Positions 58,277 through 64,000 of a stretch of 64,000 bases of DNA are shown here, piece by piece. The notes under the pieces were generated by a model. That model was not told the origin of the DNA, searched no databases, and saw nothing but the letters and a program-made list of their open reading frames with translations. Numbering within the stretch: the stretch's first letter is position 1; each line of letters begins with the position of its first letter. The stretch is taken from the NCBI GenBank assembly GCA_965214705.1, contig OZ243972.1:3456001-3520000 (forward strand), given 5' to 3'. The DNA is from Alphaproteobacteria bacterium. Lineage in GTDB: Bacteria; Pseudomonadota; Alphaproteobacteria; UBA828. Both the position numbers and the translations under genes were made by a program.

Positions 58277-58643
58277 ATGGCGATCACCAGGCAGCAAGTT
58301 GTCGAGGCGCTCGAAGAAGGAATTGGAGCGGCGAATAGAAGGTACGAAGCTTGGACCAACGGATCCTGGGTCCGGGCCGCCGAACGGCCTGTCGTCGCGC
58401 ACAAGCACATACGTTCTCGCGATCGACGACTTCGAGCGTCTGACGAACGCTGCGGCGAACGAGCAGATTGAGCTGCCTGCATTCTTGGCTTCGTGTGTTG
58501 GTGGTGATGAGGGGCCGGAGACGGCGCTGCACCTGTTTGAGCAGCATCTGAACAGACGACAGATACCCCTGCGGTTTTCCCGGACAGTCGAACAGGCTGT
58601 AGAAGCCAGCTTGGCAAGGCTGGAAGAAGGGCTGAGTGGTTGA
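58277..58643 (+). pseudogene. fused or frameshifted gene fragments
   Basis: MAITRQQVVEALEEG..WTNGSW in one frame; YVLAIDDFERL..LEEGLSG in another. Confidence 0.4.
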
Positions 58644-59005
58644 AGCAGATGCATGGCGGCGGGGTGCGCGCGGCGCTGAACCGTGCCGGGTTCTTCTCAC
58701 TCGGACAGATTTCCAGGGGTGCAGTCTTTGCCTGGTCTAATGAACGACGTGGACTGGTCTGCCCCGAAAGCGCTTTGAACGAAGCCGCTACGCGGAGTTA
58801 GCGGCGTAGAGTTCATTCATTTCCGAGGCGTCGCGGGTGCCGTTTGTTCTGTGCGTTCGCTTCCCGGTTGCGTCAGTGGCGCTCCGCCCGTCGGGTGGCG
58901 GATCCCCAGCAGCCTCCCGATCACCAGTGGTTAGTATCGACCCCTGCGACGGACCGTCGCCGGATCGGTCCGGCGGCGCGCCGTCGCGATCCAGGGAGAT
59001 CGATA

Positions 59006-59884
59006 ATGACCGGGACCGCGTGCGACACGAACACCGTCACCCCTCTTCGCCAGCGCATGGAGGAGCAGCTCCGCATCGCCAATCTGGCCGCGAGCACGTC
59101 CAAGGCCTACATCTGCGAGATCAAGAACCTGGCCAGGTACTACGACGCCTCGCCGGACGAGCTCGACGCCGAGCAGGTGCGCCAGTGGTACCTGGGGCGG
59201 ATCGACAAGGGGCTCAGTCCGGGCACGACCAACGTCTCCTTCGCCGCGCTGAACTTCCTCTACATCGACACACTCGGCTGGCCTGACCATGTCGCCGGCC
59301 TGCGCTCCCGCAAGAAGCCCGGCAAGCTGCCGCGCTACATGTCGGAGCAGGAGGTCGAGCACCTCATCCTTGCGACACCCGACCTCCGCCACCGTGCTGC
59401 CATTGTCACCGGCTATGGCGGCGGGCTCCGCATCTCCGAGACCTTGGCCATCAAGGTCGGCGACATCCTGTCGGAGAAGAAGCTGCTGCACATCCCCTCC
59501 GGCAAAGGCGGCACCGAGAGAATGGCACCGTTGCCGGACATCGTCATCCACTACTTGCGCGTCTACTACAGGAACATCTGGCCGCGTCCGACGAGCTGGC
59601 TCTTCTACGGCGTCTCGCTCGACAGGCCCATCGCAACGGAGACCTTGCAGGCCGCCTTCAGGAGGGCGCGCGACATTGCCGAGCTCGACCGCAGCTACAC
59701 CTTCCATTGCCTGCGCCATTCGGCGGCGACCCATCTCCTCGAGCGCGGCGGCGATATCGAGGTGATCCGGGACATGCTCGGCCATCGAAGCGCGAACACG
59801 ACCCGTCACTACGCCCGCGTCACCGGCAAGATGTTCGAGGGCCTCGACCACCCGATCTCAGGCTTCGCAGCGTTGCGCAACTGA
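59006..59884 (+). CDS. tyrosine recombinase
   Basis: Same protein as in copies 1 and 2. Confidence 0.95.
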   Translation: MTGTACDTNTVTPLRQRMEEQLRIANLAASTSKAYICEIKNLARYYDASPDELDAEQVRQWYLGRIDKGLSPGTTNVSFAALNFLYIDTLGWPDHVAGLRSRKKPGKLPRYMSEQEVEHLILATPDLRHRAAIVTGYGGGLRISETLAIKVGDILSEKKLLHIPSGKGGTERMAPLPDIVIHYLRVYYRNIWPRPTSWLFYGVSLDRPIATETLQAAFRRARDIAELDRSYTFHCLRHSAATHLLERGGDIEVIRDMLGHRSANTTRHYARVTGKMFEGLDHPISGFAALRN

Positions 59885-60187
59885 CGGCGCGTGGAGGCCG
59901 AACGCGCGGGCGTGGCGGAGATCTTCCGCCGCGCCGGCGCCGCTTTCCGTGAGCGCCACAAAGGGCGCATCGACGCCGCCCGGCTCAAGGTCATGGGCGC
60001 CATCGAGGCGTGCCGCACCGCCGTGCTCGGCGGCCACATGTACGCCTGCGAGGGCTGCGGGCGCGAGCATCCGCTCTTCAGATACCATGAGCACGGTGGC
60101 ACCGAATCGATTCTGGCGGTTAGACAAGCTCGGAGAGAAGGCCAGCACCTTCTCTCCGAGCGGAATCGTCAACAACGGAGTGGACGG

Positions 60188-61384
60188 ATGTCGGATGGTC
60201 CAGACACGACCGCGCTGACAGGCGCAAGTAGTAGCACGATTTATGTCGCGGTGGAGATCAGCCTCAAATCGTGGATCGTTGGCGTGCATTGCCCGGATGC
60301 CTCGGGTGGCAGCATCAGCATCCACACACTGGCTGCTGCCGACACGGCGGGACTGTTGGATCTCGTCGGGTCGGTGCGGGAACGGGTGGCGAGGGAGCTC
60401 GGCGCCCGTCCTCGGGTGATGCTGACCTACGAGGCGGGCTACGAGGGGTTCTGGCTTGCCCGCGATATCGAGCGCCGTGACGCGGAGATCGATATCTTCA
60501 TGAACGATCCGGCGAGCCTGCGGGTGAACCGGCGCGCCAAGAAGAAAAAGACCGACCGTATCGACGCGAGGAGGATGGTTCGGGCTCTGAAGGCATGGGA
60601 CCAAGGCGATTCGGAGGCCATGTCCTGGGTGCGCGTGCCCGATGTGGACCAGGAGGATGCCAAGCGCCTGCTGCGCGAGAGGGACACGCTGATCAGCGAG
60701 CGTACCCGCGTCAACAACCGGATCAAAGGGCTCTTGCAGTTGCACGGCATCTTCGATCTGGCGCCGCGCAAGCCGGACTTCCTCGAACGCCTCGCGACCG
60801 CGCGGACGGGCTATGGGGCGCCGTTGCCGCCGCGTGCGCGGGCAGAGATTGAGAGGGCGGTGGGGATGCTTCGCCTGGTTGAGGAGCATATCGAGATGAT
60901 CGAGGCCGAGAAGAGGGCCCTGCTGAAGGCTGGCCGGAAAGCCCAGGACGCGACCAATCGTGACGGGACGGCGATGATCGCGGCGCTTACGCGCATCCAT
61001 GGCATCGGCCTCAATGACGCCACACTGCTGGCTGGCGAGGTGTTCTATCGGGACTTCCGCAATCGCCGGGAGTTGGGCAGCTGGGCCGGGTTGACGTCGG
61101 TGCCGTGGGCGAGCGGAGATGTCGACCACGATCTTGGCATCAGCAAGGCCGGCCCCTCGCATGTCAGGAAGCACATGATCCAGATGGCTTGGCGCTGGCT
61201 GAAGCTGCAACCGGAAAGCGCGATCACGAAGTGGTTCCACGCCTACGTCGCCAGGGATGCCGGTGGCGGGAGGGACCGGCGAGCGAGGAAGCGGGCGATC
61301 GTGGGGGTCGCGCGCAAGCTGCTGATCGCGCTGTGGCGCTATGCCACCCAAGGACTGGTGCCTGAGGGCGCCATCGTCTCCTGA
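60188..61384 (+). CDS. IS110-family recombinase
   Basis: YVAVEIS, YEAG..GFW, KTDRIDA, IHGIG, F.NRR.LG..AGL...P..SG, ISKAG, AIV.VARKL. Confidence 0.92.
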   Translation: MSDGPDTTALTGASSSTIYVAVEISLKSWIVGVHCPDASGGSISIHTLAAADTAGLLDLVGSVRERVARELGARPRVMLTYEAGYEGFWLARDIERRDAEIDIFMNDPASLRVNRRAKKKKTDRIDARRMVRALKAWDQGDSEAMSWVRVPDVDQEDAKRLLRERDTLISERTRVNNRIKGLLQLHGIFDLAPRKPDFLERLATARTGYGAPLPPRARAEIERAVGMLRLVEEHIEMIEAEKRALLKAGRKAQDATNRDGTAMIAALTRIHGIGLNDATLLAGEVFYRDFRNRRELGSWAGLTSVPWASGDVDHDLGISKAGPSHVRKHMIQMAWRWLKLQPESAITKWFHAYVARDAGGGRDRRARKRAIVGVARKLLIALWRYATQGLVPEGAIVS

Positions 61385-61720
61385 GGGCACCGGCCGAACG
61401 AACGGGAAAATACAGGAGGTTCCGACGTGGTCGGACGCGGCCGCGGAGGATGCCGGGCAAGGCGTGTGACCGGGCAAGAGTTGGGTCGCCGCTTGGCACC
61501 GTTCTACAGATGGGTCCCGCCTCCCGGAACGTCACCACCGCTTGGATGCGGTATTGGGGTCACGGAGCCGGCAAGCGCCGGAGTTCCGAACCGGATAAGA
61601 GCTGAGCAGCGTGGCGGATCGCTGCGTGGAAACGACGTTCTGCCTGGACATCGGCCGCGGATTCGAGTGGAGAGATTGCGAATGCCATTGACGTAGATGA
61701 AGCCGGGCCTTGCGGAGAGA
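61385..61720 (+). ncRNA. candidate bridge/seek RNA region
   Basis: Non-coding 3' arm of an IS1111-type element with short matches to the donor junction and target. Confidence 0.5.
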
Positions 61721-63269
61721 GCTCATAAGAACTCCTGCCGCAACCGCCACTGCCCCACCTGCCAGGGTCTCGCCGCCAACCTCTGGAGCGAGGAGCGCGC
61801 CGGGGACATCCTGCCGGTGCCCTACTTCCATGTGGTCTTCACCCTGCCCAAGGAGGTTGCCGCCATTGCCTTCTGCAACCGCAGGGTGGTGTTCGACATC
61901 CTCTTCCGGGCCGTCGCCGAGACCCTGCGCACCATCGCCGCCGATCCCCGCCACGGCGGCATGCGCATCGGCGGCACCGCGGTCCTCCATACCTGGGATC
62001 AGAAGCTCCGCTTCCACCCGCACCTGCACGTGGTCGTGCCCAACGCGGGCTTCGACGTAGACAGTGGCGAGTGGAAGACGGGGAGCACCACCTTCCTCGC
62101 CCCCGTCAAGGTCCTCGGCAGCCTGTTCCGCCGCCTCTTCCTCGAGGAGCTCGCCCGCGCCCACGGCCGGGGGGACCTGGAGTTCCACGGCACCCTCGCC
62201 CACCTCGCCAATCCCGGCGAGTTCCACGCCACGCTTGCCGCCGCCCGGGCCAGGGACTGGGTGGTCTACGCCAAGCGGCCCTTCCGCGGGCCTGAGCAGG
62301 TCTTCCGGTACCTCTCGCACTACACGCACAGGATCGCCATCTCCGACAGCCGCATCGTCTCCTTCGACGGCGAGACGGTCTCCTTCCGCCACCGAAAGCC
62401 CAAGGCGCCGGGGCAGAGAAAGCCGCGCTACGGCATCGCCACCGTGAGCGCCGACGAGTTCATCCGCCGCTTCCTGAGGCACGTCCTGCCGGACGGCATG
62501 CACCGCATTCGCTACTTCGGCATCCTCGCCAACGGCTGCCGCGCCAGCACGCTGGAGAGAGCACGCCAGGCTCTCGGCGCCCTCGGCTGCGCCGCCCCCG
62601 AGGGAAGCGTGGACGGCGCTCGGGCCGAGCCCGACGAAGAGCCCGAGATCGGCACCGCGCCCGTGGCCTGCCCCCACTGCGGCGGCGTCATGCGCCTCGT
62701 CCGCGAAATCCGCCGCCGCCATGAGCCCCGCTCGACGCGCGGCCCGCCGGCGCTGCCGCCGACCCACAGGGGGAAACCGTGAGACGCCCGCTCGCTTCGG
62801 CCCCGCGCAACGGCGCCAAAGCGCCGACGCACGACCGAACCTGTCTCCGCTTGAGCCGGGCTGACAGCCCTCGGCTCACACCCCGCTCAGTCCTCGCAGC
62901 GTGCGCCCGCATGCCTGCCGAAAGACCGGCGCGAGCGTCGATTTTATGCGCAACTCTGCTGCCGGTGGATGCCGCCTGACGCTGACATCAGCGCACTTTC
63001 CACATAGCTCAACTTCGCCTCTCGTGGCCCGCGGCTTCGTTCAAAAGGGTTGGGCAGGCTCTCGAGAGAGAGCCTGCCCAACCCTTAACCTTGGCAAACG
63101 TGTGCCCAGAAGCTCTTCCCTCCAGTGGAAAGCCGGGCGACTCGACAAGGATTCATCGATCCACCTCGTCCGATCCATCGCAGCAGATAGGAATTCTGGC
63201 TTGCCGACGGCGGTATATGGTATAGGCAAGCAACCGGAGCGCCACGCTAGGCGAAAGGGAGGCACAACG

Positions 63270-64000
63270 GTGTTCAGTATTCTTGATGCGATTATCGCGA
63301 CTGCGCTAGTACTGATTCTCTACGGTTTATCGAGCTTCGCCGTCAGGAAACGGTGGAAGCATAGAGTCGTTTTCAACCCCCTCAAAATTGTATCTGATTC
63401 CAGCGGCAAGGCCAGCTTATCCAGCGCTCAGGTTTTCTTCTTTACCTTGATCGTGCTTTGGTTGGCAATCTACTGGGCGGTACAAGAAGGGGAGCTCATC
63501 TCGATCGACACTTCCGTGCTCGGACTTCTGGGTATTGCGATTGTCGGCGCCGGTGTGGGTAAGATCACAGATTCCACCCGTTTCCGGGCAACTGGCGAGA
63601 ATTGGGCTTGGGCCAAAAGAAAGAAATGGATCAAGCAAGACTTTACGCGTGTGCCCTCTGACCGTAAGCCGGAGATTAGTGACCTGCTTGCCTCTGATCA
63701 AGGATTCGATATTGCTAGATTTCAGGCAGTAGGCTTCTCGTTGGTCGTAGGAATCTCGCTTCTCTACAAGGGCGCCACTGCGGCCGATGCAGAAGCGTTT
63801 TCAAAGTTTGTCATTGACGATGCGTATCTCACTCTCATTGGTGTCAGTCAAGGCGCTTACGTTGGTGGGAAGTATGTTGGCAACAATCTCTTTCGAGAGC
63901 TAAATACGAAACTGGATAAAGTACGATCATTAGAGGTCGCCTTTATTTCATCAGTTGCCACTTCAGCGGAATGGAAAGACCAAGCGGCCCAAGACAGGAC
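63270..64000 (+). CDS. lower-GC polytopic membrane protein, runs off the window end
   Basis: RBS ggagg, GTG start; open frame MFSILDAII...GKASLSSAQVFFFT...DIARFQ...LIGVSQGAYVGGK; absent from the ORF track because it has no stop. Confidence 0.75.
   Translation, partial: MFSILDAIIATALVLILYGLSSFAVRKRWKHRVVFNPLKIVSDSSGKASLSSAQVFFFTLIVLWLAIYWAVQEGELISIDTSVLGLLGIAIVGAGVGKITDSTRFRATGENWAWAKRKKWIKQDFTRVPSDRKPEISDLLASDQGFDIARFQAVGFSLVVGISLLYKGATAADAEAFSKFVIDDAYLTLIGVSQGAYVGGKYVGNNLFRELNTKLDKVRSLEVAFISSVATSAEWKDQAAQDR

Larger units (their letters stand above)
60080..61729 (+). mobile_element. IS110-family element, IS1111-type ends
   Basis: Boundaries from the uninterrupted copies (1-nt ambiguity); no duplication; subterminal IRs ATGAGC (7 nt in) and GCTCAT (3 nt in); long 3' non-coding region. 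Confidence 0.88.
59891..62782 (+). pseudogene. IS91-family transposase split by IS110
   Basis: HPLF|NSCRNRHC junction; rejoins to 413 aa. Confidence 0.9.
58775..63090 (+). mobile_element. Integrase/Y2 element A, copy 3 (inverted; carries IS110)
   Basis: ttgaacgaagccgc start and hairpin...cccttaacc end; 4316 bp minus the 1650-bp IS110 gives 2666 bp. Confidence 0.9.

Noticed and set aside
52303-58762. 15-bp direct repeat cgtggactggtctgc flanking CBASS and the three-gene operon
   Set aside because: A single 15-bp match is roughly expected by chance in 64 kb, the left copy sits in what looks like an IS-end remnant, and no cognate att context is evident.

Overview
High-GC window that appears to be mostly one decaying conjugative element (ICE or plasmid, probably alphaproteobacterial). 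1-24.9 kb is a co-oriented transfer operon. It has a Dot/Icm-like (type IVB, MPF-I) secretion system (dotD, dotC, dotB, icmT, dotI, dotH, dotG, icmC/D-like, dotO, dotA), TcpQ/prepilin-peptidase genes, ssb and a VirD4/TraG-type coupling protein. A MOBF (TrwC-like) relaxase-helicase lies at 28.9-35.5 kb, followed by a candidate oriT and a leading region (44-51 kb). dotG, dotO and the relaxase are each split by a mobile element and rejoin in frame when it is removed. The primase gene is truncated by another element. Mobile elements: an IS1595+MITE composite with a nested IS1182/IS5-like IS, an IS1634, three near-identical 2666-bp tyrosine-integrase + IS91-like Y2-transposase elements plus a fourth relative, an IS1111-type IS110 with a candidate bridge/seek RNA, and a group II intron nested in another group II intron. 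Cargo includes a complete type III CBASS (cdnC-HORMA-Trip13-nucC), with an uncharacterised divergent three-gene operon (TIGR04255-like, HTH, PemK/MazF-like fold) where CBASS regulators usually sit. The most unusual signals are a 15-nt unit (GACACTCGTGCCGGA) found at 8 backbone loci (7 in frame inside genes), the CBASS-linked three-gene operon, and the end structure of the integrase/Y2 elements. All family calls come from motif recognition by eye; no searches were run.
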